Part shown: one piece after another, positions 1 through 10,807 of the stretch
How positions within the stretch are numbered: position 1 is the stretch's first letter
Layout of the letters: each line of letters begins with the position of its first letter
Assembly (NCBI GenBank): GCA_946965045.2
Contig: OX337234.1
Location: 1,364,001 to 1,428,000, forward strand
DNA: 64,000 nucleotides
Direction of reading: 5' to 3'
From: Epithemia pelagica
Lineage: Eukaryota > Protista > Bacillariophyta
Translations under genes and position numbers: made by a program
Notes under the pieces: generated by a model
The model's database searches: none
What the model saw: the letters and a program-made list of their open reading frames with translations, nothing else
What the model was told of the DNA's origin: nothing

Positions 1-1
1 T

Positions 2-3000
2 AAGCTTCCCTCCAAGGTACATGTCAGGATTTCCGATCGAGCCCGGCTTCATAGGGAAGAAATGATCTAACTCGTGTAACATCGCAGTCGCATCGTGCGA
101 TATGGCCAAGACATCGTCTACGTACAGCAATACATAGGCGCAGTACTTGTGACCGTCACTCGGACGTGTCATAGGCTTCATCCACAAGTCTCGATCAGCA
201 CCCAAGCACGGATCGTACCCAAGAGTTCTCATACAACTCGCAAGGTGGTTGCGGAAACTTGCACCGGCACTCTTTAACCCATACAATGCTCGTACAATAT
301 ATGCACGCTTCCCAGCGTTGGACCCAAACTCGGGGCCCAGTACAGTCCAGATTTTCTCACTGTTCGGCGCAGTTAAATAAGCATTCTTGATGTCGGACGT
401 TTTGACCTCTAGGTCGTTGAGAGCGGCAATAGTGAGGGCAATACGAACACTTTCTCGAGATACAACACTGGCATAAGTCAATGTTGCTGGTACCTCTGTT
501 GTGTGTCCGCCCGCTACAAACCGTGCTTTTCTCCTGAAATCTTCCATTTTTACGTCGAAAACCATGTGGCATCGGATCTCCTGGAAGCCAGGAGCTGGTT
601 TCTCGTCGTCTTCCATCAACTTGAACGCCACTCGAACAGCTTCCATCTCTTTCTCGATGGCCTTTCGCCACAAGTCGTTGCCGTTCCTTCTGTCAAGTTC
701 GTATGCTTCGGCAACAGTCTTGGGGATTTCGATCCCAAACTTGTGCGTCCGCTTGTGGTAGCGGCTGTTGACGGCGGCGAGTATCCGATCTCGTCGTCGG
801 AGGAATTTACTCACCCACCAATCAAACGCTGGCTCGTTTTCAATCTGCTTTGCGATGGCGTACTCCGCCACTTCAATCGGATTTGATTCCTTCAGTCCGG
901 CCAGGCGCTCCCAGGACGTTGATCCGTCGCGCCACTGGACGCACAACTCCCACCCTTTCGTCGTCTTCTTCCTGTGCTTCCGTCCTCGGACAACAACGTA
1001 GCGGTTATCGTGGTCGACAGCGGCTTTGGTCTTGCGATGGTCAACAATGCTGTCCAACAGCAAGAATTGGTTTCCCTCGGCATCGCACTGCGCATACATA
1101 TTTTCCGCGATGACATTCGCGGCATACTCAGACGTCTCGCCGTCTGGAAACTCAACAACATAAACTCTCGAGTCTAGAATCGGGTTGTGGGACGACGTCC
1201 CCTTGAGACGGCCATCGCTGGTCTTGGACCGTCTTTTCACCTTGCCCGTCACCATTGCATCACCCTTCGGCAACAAGACGTCGGCTCCAACGTAGTTATC
1301 GTAGGTGTCTGGTGTGATGTCGTCAATGTCGGGTGCAATCGGTGTCTTGGGGTCATCATCGTCTTCATACGCCTCGTAGGTCGGCGTTTCCACATCAACT
1401 AGACCATCGTAGTCTTCGACTTTAGCTACACTGCCTAGCTTCTCGTTGACCTTGCTCGTGTAGTCTTTTCTCTTCTCTATTTCAGTCGGGTCACGGATTT
1501 CGTCGTCCGTCAGATGTCGGTAGGTCGAGCGAATCTTGATCATTCCTGACTCGGCTAGGATCTTAATTGCATGTGCGGGTCCCATGTCCGTCGCAGGACC
1601 TAGGTACCTACCCAGTTTCTCCTTGTCTTCCGGGTAGTTGGCCGCTGAGTCGTAGTAATAAACCCAGTCGTACCACCCATATCCAGCCAAGAGTGAAATG
1701 TCGAAGGTCTCCCCGTACATTGCCGTTTCCGGGACTTGACCTGACAGCTCGAAATTACTATGACATGTAGCCGATCTGATATAGGCTTCCAACTCGAGGC
1801 AATGATCCCACAATACCTTGGGAGATTTAGTTGAGACCATTTTCCGTCCAGTACCACGCTTCAACTCCCTAATTGCACTCTCAGCCGCATTTGCCCATGG
1901 AGTATAGGGCTCCAACTGTTTCACTCGACAACCAGCCTCTCTAGACTTCTTCCTGAACTTGCCCTTGACCTGTTCCGCGGCACCATCCATGATTAGTTCC
2001 GGTGGACGGCCTTCCCTCTGGAGCAACAACGACAAAGCTTCGTGTGCATCGCCTTTCGAGGCCAGAGGGTACGCTCTAGTCCATCCATTCCTTGCCGTGA
2101 AGACTTGGGCACAAGTATTACCCAGCCTAGACTTCACCTTCAAAAACATAGTGTCCGTGAATAAGGGATGAGGCAATGGCCGGTATCGGTGAAACCGGTC
2201 GTTCGTCGTGAACCTCTTGGTCAGGGGGTTCAATGTGGTACGTAGACCACGTTGCGTCGTCACTCGAAGGGTATCCGCTGCACGTTCCAATCCACATCCC
2301 CATCGACGTGCCAAAGTCTTGGCATCGATAGCTTTTCCAGAAGGGGTAGTTTGTGTTACGGAAAGAGTCGCCACGCGTGCTTGCAGAGCAGTCGCGAAGC
2401 ATGCGGTTTCCGACGGTCGCGAATCAGAAAGCAAAGTCGTGAAAGGGTCATTGGGTCCCCTTGAGCGAACGGTGGAAATCGATCGTTGGAGGGCCGCTCG
2501 GGCCGACATTTCATCCCGAGCGAAAGAGTCATCTTGGGGGTCCCACGGCAGGTCGGGACTAGTCAAATCAAAGCGACGACATGAAGCATATTCGTCGGAA
2601 GTGGGGGTCCTTGTAGGGAAATAGGAAGTGACACCACATAAATCAAGGGGTATCACAAAATCCTCATCGTCCTGATCTTTCAGGACCAGTGCGTGTGTCT
2701 TATTGTCGGGATTATCGGTCAAGAATTTCGGTTGGTCCGAAACTTGCACGTCATTCATCCACAACTGCATAGGGCACAGGAGGTTGTGAGTAAGCGATGG
2801 TATATAAATGGCCTGGTTCACGAGTAGGATCAATACTTCACCGGTATCGGGGCAATCGTAAGCTAGAGCCGCACTTATAGTCTTGCAACTCTTGTGAACC
2901 ACGCCCTGAGAAGAATCATATCCCTTGACATCCACAGGGCGGCCATAGTCCTGTACAACCATCGCAGACCTTCCAACAACACACGTGTCCGCATGACTAT

Positions 3001-3070
3001 CAAGCTCGGTACGAGACTCGCCCTCGTCGGACGTGTCAACCGCACCGACACGCACTGAGCGGACCACCGC
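2..3070 (-). CDS. pol: Pol polyprotein (protease, integrase, reverse transcriptase), partial; not in the ORF track because no stop occurs within the window
   Basis: Manual translation from 3070: AVVRSVRVGAVDTSDEGESRTELDSHADTCVVG... through integrase to RT motifs KARFVAGGH, DIKNAYL, LYGLKSAG, LLYVDDVL. YVDD is in frame with position 3070. Confidence 0.93.
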
Positions 3071-4435
3071 TCATTTCCGTGATTTCTTCTGGCGGGTTAG
3101 CGCCGGATTGTCGCGATTCGACTCGGGCTTGCGCTTTCCCGCAGGCTTGGCATCATCATCAGAACTATTGGACGATGAGTCATTGCCGCTGGCTCGAGAT
3201 GGATCACGCAATGGTGGCAAGCTCATTGAATTCTTTGCGAGAGCGGACAGGGCAGCGATGTTCCTCTGAAACTTCTTGGAAAAGAACTTCATCTCTTTGG
3301 GCTTGCTGGAATCGCCCTTGCCCGTGCGACTCTCCCGCATTTCCTTCAACTTCTTGCGCTGGGCGTGAGAAAGCTTCTGATATTCGTCTTTCTTATAATA
3401 TCGGTCTTCTACACCGCCACTAGCCTTCCCCCCAGACTTAGTCTTACCAGAATTAGAATCAGTCTTGGTACTGATACTCGATACTTGAGACTGACTAGCC
3501 GATGGGCGCTGTGCTAAGAAATCCTTAAACAAGGAGACGGCACGGGTGAAATCGGCTTGTAGGGAATCATCCGACATGATTCGCGTCTTCACCGCTTGAA
3601 ATTGGTCGGTCTTGATTCCGTCCATCAGATGCCGAACCTTAGAACGGTCATCGATGCCAGGATGTACGCCCTGCTGGCGTAATCCTTCCAAGATCGCGTG
3701 TTGATTCACGTGAATCTTACAGTATTTCTCGAAGTTGAACCGCTTATGTTCACCGTTGTAACTCGTGTTCATAAGTTTCCGTTCAGCTTCGTTGGCCAAA
3801 TTATTCGCGTTGTTCGGCCCTAAGTAATGGTCAAACAAGGCTTGATAAGCCGCTCGCCCGTCGCGATTTCGGCTCGCCTTGCGGATGTAGGTGGAACAAT
3901 CCATCCGTTCGCACATAGCGGACAAACGGATCCAAACCTTGGCTCGATCCTGCAAGTACTGACGGGTAAAACCGTCGTTCGGTCCGTTTCCAACACGGTG
4001 ACGAGCGCGTGCAATCATCTCGGCCTCGTCGGACTCAAATCCGCCTTGCGGGTCAGCTCCGGGAAATTCGTCCGTCCGGATCACGTACGCCAAAGGTATA
4101 CCGGACGTGCCTCGGCACTCGGCGAAGTACTCCTTAATCAACTCGATGTTCCGCGGCCAGTCACGATTGTCGAGCTCGGGTGCTTCCGGATCATCGTGCA
4201 TGGTCTCATATTCTTTGAGGTCTCGCATAGGGCGAATGTTCGCCATCGTCAAATCGTTCGGCGTGGTGGCCCGATCGATGCGGATACGGTGGCGGACAAA
4301 GTAACATGCCAACTTGAGATTCGTCTCGGCTAGGATAGAAACCTCAAAGCCTGGATTAGGGACAGGCGGCGGAGCTGCCACTCCTGCCGCAGCGGCAGGA
4401 GGAGCTTGGACACCACCGGGGCGACGGACGGCCAT
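3071..4435 (-). CDS. gag: Gag protein of the CoDi-like element (~454 aa from ATG 4435)
   Basis: 460-aa ORF directly upstream of pol, with PLAYVIR, HYLGPN, FEKY and RYYKKDEYQKLS segments typical of diatom Copia gag. Confidence 0.88.
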   Translation of the reverse strand: MAVRRPGGVQAPPAAAAGVAAPPPVPNPGFEVSILAETNLKLACYFVRHRIRIDRATTPNDLTMANIRPMRDLKEYETMHDDPEAPELDNRDWPRNIELIKEYFAECRGTSGIPLAYVIRTDEFPGADPQGGFESDEAEMIARARHRVGNGPNDGFTRQYLQDRAKVWIRLSAMCERMDCSTYIRKASRNRDGRAAYQALFDHYLGPNNANNLANEAERKLMNTSYNGEHKRFNFEKYCKIHVNQHAILEGLRQQGVHPGIDDRSKVRHLMDGIKTDQFQAVKTRIMSDDSLQADFTRAVSLFKDFLAQRPSASQSQVSSISTKTDSNSGKTKSGGKASGGVEDRYYKKDEYQKLSHAQRKKLKEMRESRTGKGDSSKPKEMKFFSKKFQRNIAALSALAKNSMSLPPLRDPSRASGNDSSSNSSDDDAKPAGKRKPESNRDNPALTRQKKSRK

Positions 4436-5287
4436 GGTAATCAAAAACAACAATCAACTCGTAACTTCTTGAAACACTTCCTCAAAAGTGAGCTTTCCAA
4501 GACGAGTTTTGCCATGATTTTAATCCATTACCTACGTAGAACCACTACTGGGTTGCACACAATCCTTGATTGTTGCTCAAAATCGGTCGTGCCAGACCTA
4601 ACCCACATGATCTTGACCCTAATTGGCTAGATCCACATAGGAGCCCGGAAAAGTCTTTTCGTCGGTTCCACAAGACACCTGAACCACGTCTAGGTATATT
4701 TTGTCCTGCAGTGGAAGGCCTCACATGGAGCTAAGCTCATGTGCTCTCGGCCAGAGGGATAACAAACCGCAAAATGTGAGACAAGTCCCAAACGGTTGCG
4801 ATGCGACACTGTACTTATTCCAAAATTCAGCACTGTGCAACAATGAGTACCCCCCTTCCGTTGAGAAGGCTGTTTCGGACACATGCCCCCATTTCATCCA
4901 CATTAAGAATGGTCCCAGGAATATTCTCCGGACCATTTTCCCAGGGCGAATCACACATATAACTGGTTTTGGGATGCGTTCTGATTTCGAATTCCGCAAC
5001 CATGGCGGATCTGGTTCACTGGGATGGATCCAGTAGGGAAGACCGTCGCCATTCCCCCAATCTGCGCACCTTTTCGCAGACAACGGTAGCGCCAAACAAT
5101 AGTAACGTACCATTATCATTGTGCCTGCACGAGCCCATTCACAGGTGCAATAGGTCAACCAATGAGCCCCGACAGTTGGGTTATATCTGTCGGTTTGCCT
5201 TATAGGCTTGGGGCATTACGCCAACGGTCGCAGCCATCTGTCCAGGCATTGGACCGTCTACTTCCATGTTATCGACCGGTTTGGGTC

Positions 5288-5726
5288 TGATAAACTAAGA
5301 AAACCCGTCCGTTGAGCATACGGAGCACCGTCATGGGTGCACGGGTACAAAAGTCATTCCAAACAAAGAGGTGAACTAAAATATAGGTTACAGAGTCACT
5401 ACTCCCTATCTTCTCGATTTTCATACGTACGACATACATACTTTCTTACCATCCCTCCTATGCCATATTCCTAGGAGTAGTTCCCAACTTCTGAAGTAGG
5501 TAGTCCTTGCTAGAGGAGTAGCTAGCAGTAATTTTTCGGTTCCCCATACCTACATTTACTCCTATATTACAACTATACAGCGAGACTATCCGTACGGAGA
5601 GACCACGTTCACAATGGCACCGGTGTCCGACCGCGAAACCAACTGCATTACCATCCTAGCTATGTCCTCTAACCTTACCACTATCGAACACACTCCGAAG
5701 ATACTCCGAAGCTACTCCCATTAACA
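5288..5726 (-). repeat. Candidate 5' LTR
   Basis: On the minus strand it starts TGTTAA (5726) and may end ...TTTATCA (5288); it is non-coding and ~850 bp upstream of gag. The second LTR is outside the window, so boundaries are unverified. Confidence 0.4.
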
Positions 5727-6141
5727 CAGAGTCAACGTCCGAAACTAAAGAGACGTGTAACGAACGAAACATTCCCGCCAGAAATTTCACTTCATGTGCT
5801 ATGTGGAGCATCGCTTGGAGTAACATCGCTTGGACAAGGAATCAACCACAGTCATCTCACAATATAAGAAAGTTGTCCAAAGCAACTCGTATTGTCTTCA
5901 GCCTACTAGTACAACGCACAGCCAACTTGTTGCAAAGCTTAATCACCTCGGTTGCCTCAAGTTGCCTCCCTATCCGAAGTTATCGTGAATTTAGTATACA
6001 TTGAGTTGTAGCAACGCATCAAGTCATCGTCCGTGCATCCGACGTCTCGAAGCCTTCTTCTGTCACCCTTTTTGCGTGTGTCTCGTCGTTTCTTTCCTTT
6101 CACTTATTCATATTTAATAGCCATCTGAAAGACGGCCGACG

Positions 6142-7086
6142 ATGAAGAGTGCGACAGAAGAAATGGAAAGGGTTGTGAAGAGGGATTTGTCAGCCTCGGA
6201 GGCCTCCTGTCTTCTGGTCACATTCGCCGCACAGGCGATCCTTATTGCAAACGGGCAGTTCAAGGACCACCAGATTTCATCTCTTTTCCTCAAAATACAA
6301 AGAATGGTAAAGTCAGAGACGAAATCGAGGCTTGTGTCTGATTATACGTTTGACGGTTTAGTACCCATGTCGTTCGGTCAAGGGAAGACGGTTCTGCAAT
6401 ATGCGATCCGTGGGTCGCATCTGTATTGTGCAAAAATTGGAGAGCCAGGTACAATTCAGAACAGCCTACAGCCTACATGAAAACCAGATTTGCCCCACTG
6501 CAATGCTTGTCTTGACACTGTAGTCATTTCGGATGATAGGCTTGCCATGATTACTCCATTCTACCCGTTACCAATCTCTCACGCTCAAGTCCGGTCGGAA
6601 ACCATCGTGAATGTTGCGCTTTGCGGTCTGGCTACGATACAGGCGTTCTTCAATAAGAGTCTCTGTCACGGCGACATCAAACCCTCCAATATGATGTTCC
6701 AAGCTTCAAGCGGGGTCGTTGTTACTATTGACTATGGATCTTGCGTTTCCTATGGGAAGACATTGGCTGAGATATCACATGAGTACGGGTTGGACTGTTC
6801 CCTCCAAGGTTCGCTCCAATACGATCTAACATGCTTGGCAACGTCGATCTTACAACTAAAAGGAGTCCAATTGGCTGATCTGAGGACAAGAAATGATGTC
6901 CGATCGTGGTTGGCTGATCGATCCGAGGGAGATATTTTGTTGACAATTTCCGCATTGTGCCTCGACGATGCCATCTCATCTCCTTGTACAATCAAAGAAA
7001 GTTGTCTACAAAGGTGCCAGTCACTCCCCAATTCTTCAGACTGGATTGTGGATATTGATTCTATATGGCCCGCAAAGGTAGAGTAG
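6142..7086 (+). pseudogene. Protein kinase-like gene interrupted by in-frame TGA (6478-6480)
   Basis: ORFs 6142-6480 and 6490-7086 share a frame; CAKIG (VAIK-like), HGDIKPSN catalytic loop and IDYG (DFG-like). A short cagccta duplication lies just before the stop. Confidence 0.75.
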
Positions 7087-7329
7087 AGTTTGTATTTAGG
7101 GCTTCTTTCTTCAGCATTGGGCTGACTGCCAAGGTGTGAAATTGATTTCACGTAGTGCGAGTGCACTACATTGGTGCCGCCACCGGCAGAGGCGACCATC
7201 GGGGGTAACAACCTAGAATATTCCCGCAGCAAGCGAGGCATTGACTTGGTATACCGGTATTCTTGGAGAACCCGGGTCCACAAAATCCGATACAGGGCCA
7301 AAACGCGAGTTCAACTCTTTGCACACAAT

Positions 7330-7851
7330 GGAATGCAAAAGGAAGCCAAGAAGTTTGAGCCTTGGGAGAGCGCACTGGGGAGCGGAGTCTTGGGTCCCTG
7401 TGGTTGCTTCTGGGTGTGATGATTCGACTCTTGCTTCCACCGCATGTGGACAAGGAACAAGCGGCGGCCTACTTGTTGTTGCACCACCACTGGTACGATG
7501 GACACCAGCCGCCGCAAAACGAACCACAAGGACGACACGAGTCGGAATTCAAGGCACCACCGCGGGTTGAGTGGGTTGTCGTGCGACCAACCGATATGGT
7601 TCCGGATAATGATGCCGAGGAGCGGGGGTACCATTATCGACGATGACGACGACTCGGTTACCATTGGCAGTCCACACCAGAGGGTCCCTTGTTTGGTGGC
7701 CAACATGTCGTGTCACGTCGTCGTCAAGCGGGTCCATCTCCTCACACGACGTCCCCAATTGTGGCAGAAGTGGAAATTCCAAATGCCCGTCGTACACAAC
7801 AACGACAACAACAATGACGATGACGACGACAAGACCAAGCACCACAAATAG
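7330..7851 (+). pseudogene. C-terminal fragment of a NAD(P)H-binding (flavin reductase/BVR-B-like) oxidoreductase, frameshifted, N-terminus absent
   Basis: LLLPPHVDKEQAAAYL...VEWVVVRPTDMV in one frame (7362-7646) continues as ...LWQKWKFQMPVV in another (to 7851). No Rossmann GxxG start upstream. Confidence 0.55.
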
Positions 7852-7997
7852 CACCAGCAGGAAAAGAAGACGAATGGTGACACAGCAATGCCGAAATGAT
7901 ACCAAGCTCATCCACAAAGACCAACGACTCCCTCTCGGGGTAATTATCCTGAGACAATTGGACTTGCCTTTTGCTCATAGAGACACCATTATTATTG

Positions 7998-8819
7998 TTA
8001 CAAGTTTGACAGTCGTTCAAGTATCATGTCTTTTTTGGATGGTTTTTGGGTACCATTATTTGGTTCAAAGACTCTCCAATCGTCGAGATTTTGTATGGAT
8101 GGAGGACGTTGTGAAACGACCGATTCCGGTGAGCCCGGGGTCGGACCCAACAATCCATGGAGGCGTGCCATGGCGACCAATTGTTCTTGAAAGCCTTCAT
8201 TGTGCAAACAGATATTGCCTCGTTGGCTTCGAATTTGTTGAACCGTTTCCACGACCGGAGTTTGTGTCTGTATCATGTAATAGGTTGACACAATCAATCC
8301 CGATCGATTGATCCCCGCCATGCAATTCACGACACACTTATTCTTATTCGTGGTCCAGGTATCGAGGAATTCTCGAGCTTGCACCCAATGCTGTTGCAAG
8401 AGCGGATACTCGGTATCGTCGTCCGCTTCCATTTGTTGGTAGGCAATCCCGACTGCTTTGTACCGACGAATCGTTTGGGCCGAGACAGCAAAGGGTCCAG
8501 CCATGTTCAAAACGGCGGTAATGCCCAATCGTTGCAATCGTTCGACCTTTTCGACACTGAGGGCATTGCCCAAGTACAACGACTTGTCGGAGAGAATGGG
8601 CACGGGCAAGTGTTGCATCGATCGCATGCGCGTGTCAATTTCGGTTTCCAACAAGCCTCGTTTCCAATCCAAAAGTTCAGGCTCCCGAATGGCCCAAACC
8701 CAAGGCCAATCCTCGGCAATACAAACACAGGGAGGATGTTCTTCCTCCTCTTGTTGTTGTTGTGTCGTCGGTGGTGGTAGCTTCTTGTCGGAGGAGGAGG
8801 TACTAGTACTGCTTGCCAT
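7998..8819 (-). CDS. Dual-specificity protein phosphatase
   Basis: 273 aa; LYLGNA, AVLNMA, MEADDD and catalytic VNCMAGINRS (CX5R). Confidence 0.9.
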   Translation of the reverse strand: MASSTSTSSSDKKLPPPTTQQQQEEEEHPPCVCIAEDWPWVWAIREPELLDWKRGLLETEIDTRMRSMQHLPVPILSDKSLYLGNALSVEKVERLQRLGITAVLNMAGPFAVSAQTIRRYKAVGIAYQQMEADDDTEYPLLQQHWVQAREFLDTWTTNKNKCVVNCMAGINRSGLIVSTYYMIQTQTPVVETVQQIRSQRGNICLHNEGFQEQLVAMARLHGLLGPTPGSPESVVSQRPPSIQNLDDWRVFEPNNGTQKPSKKDMILERLSNL

Positions 8820-9465
8820 GGTTCGGTGCTCTTGGATATTGAGAGAGTGGATGATTGGTGTGAGTGGAAACAGGCCAGCAACATCGACCCACGTCTCTCT
8901 TAAATCGTGCTCTGCAATTCAATCGCTCTCGCAACAAGATATTCCCATTGCGTTTCCCACATGGGCGCAGAGATGGTGTGGTGCATGGAGTGTAGATGGG
9001 GTCATGAGAATCCAGGGAGGACCGAAACGCGACCGATCACTTTTGGTCTGTCCTGTGCCCGACATGGAACACAAAAACACCCGCGCACTCGTGGTGCCGC
9101 AGACGCATTTTGCAGTGGGTGGCAATGGCGATGGTGCGAAATGCTATGATGGTGTCCCGATGGTCTCCTCTGTTTCTCTCCTCACACCATGGTGTCCCGA
9201 TGGTATCCTCTGTTACTCTCATTTTTGTTTGTCACTTCCATCCATCATCCAAAATTTGCCTTGATTGGATTCGCTCTCATCATCTTATTTCTTTTGTTAT
9301 GTGAGTGTTAGGTGCGGGACAGAACACAAACATTGCCAGAACGACTTGACTTCGGGCAGACCAAAATCAAGCAACGAAACGGTGGAGGAATGACACTATG
9401 TTGGTGTTGGGGAATCTCTTGGCATTTGAGTCAAGTCTAGGCTCCGTGCTTTACAGAAGGATTAA

Positions 9466-9975
9466 CTGCTCCCATCCTTTGGGAAAGAAAGCATCGGAAA
9501 AGTTGATCCGTGACTCTTGTTTTCTTCGAAATTTTGGCGTCTCTCGTCGTGGTCAAAGCCATGACGAATCCACAAGGACTGATTTGGTTCGCTCGTCAAA
9601 GTGTATTGACAGTCAAGGCTAGGTTCCAAATCAAGGAATGGACATGGGACTTGAATGTCCTTTTGTTTTGGAGGAACTCTTCCAAAATCGAGCATTGGAC
9701 ACCAAAGTCACGGATGAACTGCTCCGATCCTTTGGGAAAGAAAGCATCGGAAAAGCTGATCCGTGACTTTGGTGCTGTTCGAAATTTTGGCTCCTTTCGT
9801 CGTTGTCGCAGCCATGAATCGCCTCAACAGCTCCACAAGCACAAGGACTGTTTTTGATTCGCTCATCAACCTGTATTGACAGCCAAGGCTAGGTTCCACG
9901 GGATAAAGAAGAAATCAAGGAATCGAGGTGAGGTTGAACGGTCCACACGTTTTGGTGGAACTCTTCCTAAAATTG
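9466..9975. repeat. Diverged tandem duplication, ~252-bp unit, about 2 copies
   Basis: aactgctcc(c/g)atcctttgggaaagaaagcatcggaaaag at ~9466 and ~9718; shared downstream blocks (cacaaggactg, gtattgacag(t/c)caaggctaggttcca, gg(a)ggaactcttc). Confidence 0.85.
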
Positions 9976-10807
9976 GCTTCCGTGAGGCTGAAATGCAAGT
10001 TTCTTCGGCTTGTTCGGTGATAGCTATCAGTATGGTAAAACTGTCTCATCTAATTGCGTAATACGTAACCGCTGGTTTTGAAATAAATTGTACGGTCTAT
10101 GATGGATGCTTGTTATGCAGTGATTTGGTGCAGCCATAGACGACAATATGTCCAACGGGGTCGGAAGTCTTGGAATTTCTCATTTAGTTGTTTCAATTCC
10201 TTTGCTTCTTTGGATAGGTAAGAATGTACTTTTTCATATCGAACAAGATTATTGTTGCCGTAGGTTTTCACCAACCTGTTTCAAAAGTCCATGTCGTATT
10301 TAGCTCGTTGTCACGGCAGACGCCACGAGATGGTTAGATCCAAATAAAAATCGTACTTGCAATCGAGCAATGACGTTTCCGTGAATACAGTCATCGAGGA
10401 AGGACCGAGTGGCAATCGTGCCACCCTTTCCATGTAAACAGAATCGGAGATCTTGGATGGCGTGAAGCATTTTGTTGTTGTTGGTTTAGTATCCACACGT
10501 TTGACAGGTTCCATTACGCACAGCCGATTGACTTTGGAGGCTTGGATGATTGAACGTCCAGAGGTTCGCAGAAATGCCGTTGTAGGGCGAGTAGTTGTTG
10601 CAGGAGCTCCTTCGCATCGCACATGATTACAGAGACAACTACCCATCACAATGAGAAGAGAAAGAGGATGTGCAAGGCTCATGATGGTGAGCCAGAGTCG
10701 TTGAGCCAGAGTCGGGGCACCTAAAACGCTACCATGGAAAGCAGCGAACGATTTCCGATGGCATCTTTGGCACACAAAACTGCAGTTCCGGACGGTACAA
10801 ACTGTGA

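Larger units (their letters stand above)
1..5726 (-). mobile_element. Ty1/Copia (CoDi-like) LTR retrotransposon; 3' part runs off the left edge of the window
   Basis: Order gag - protease (LDSHADT) - integrase (FTDTMF..., IMDGAAEQ, PWANAAE) - reverse transcriptase (LYGLK, YVDD at 113-124) is Copia-type; candidate 5' LTR upstream. Confidence 0.95.

Noticed and set aside
1170-1210. Apparent frameshift in pol between integrase and RT
   Set aside because: Recounting shows four C's at 1199-1202 (AAG GGG ACG TCG), so the frame is intact.
95-2624. Many short plus-strand ORFs over the retrotransposon
   Set aside because: They are antisense shadows of the pol frame with no protein motifs.
8458-9264. 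268-aa plus-strand ORF
   Set aside because: Mostly antisense to the phosphatase gene; no recognisable domain.
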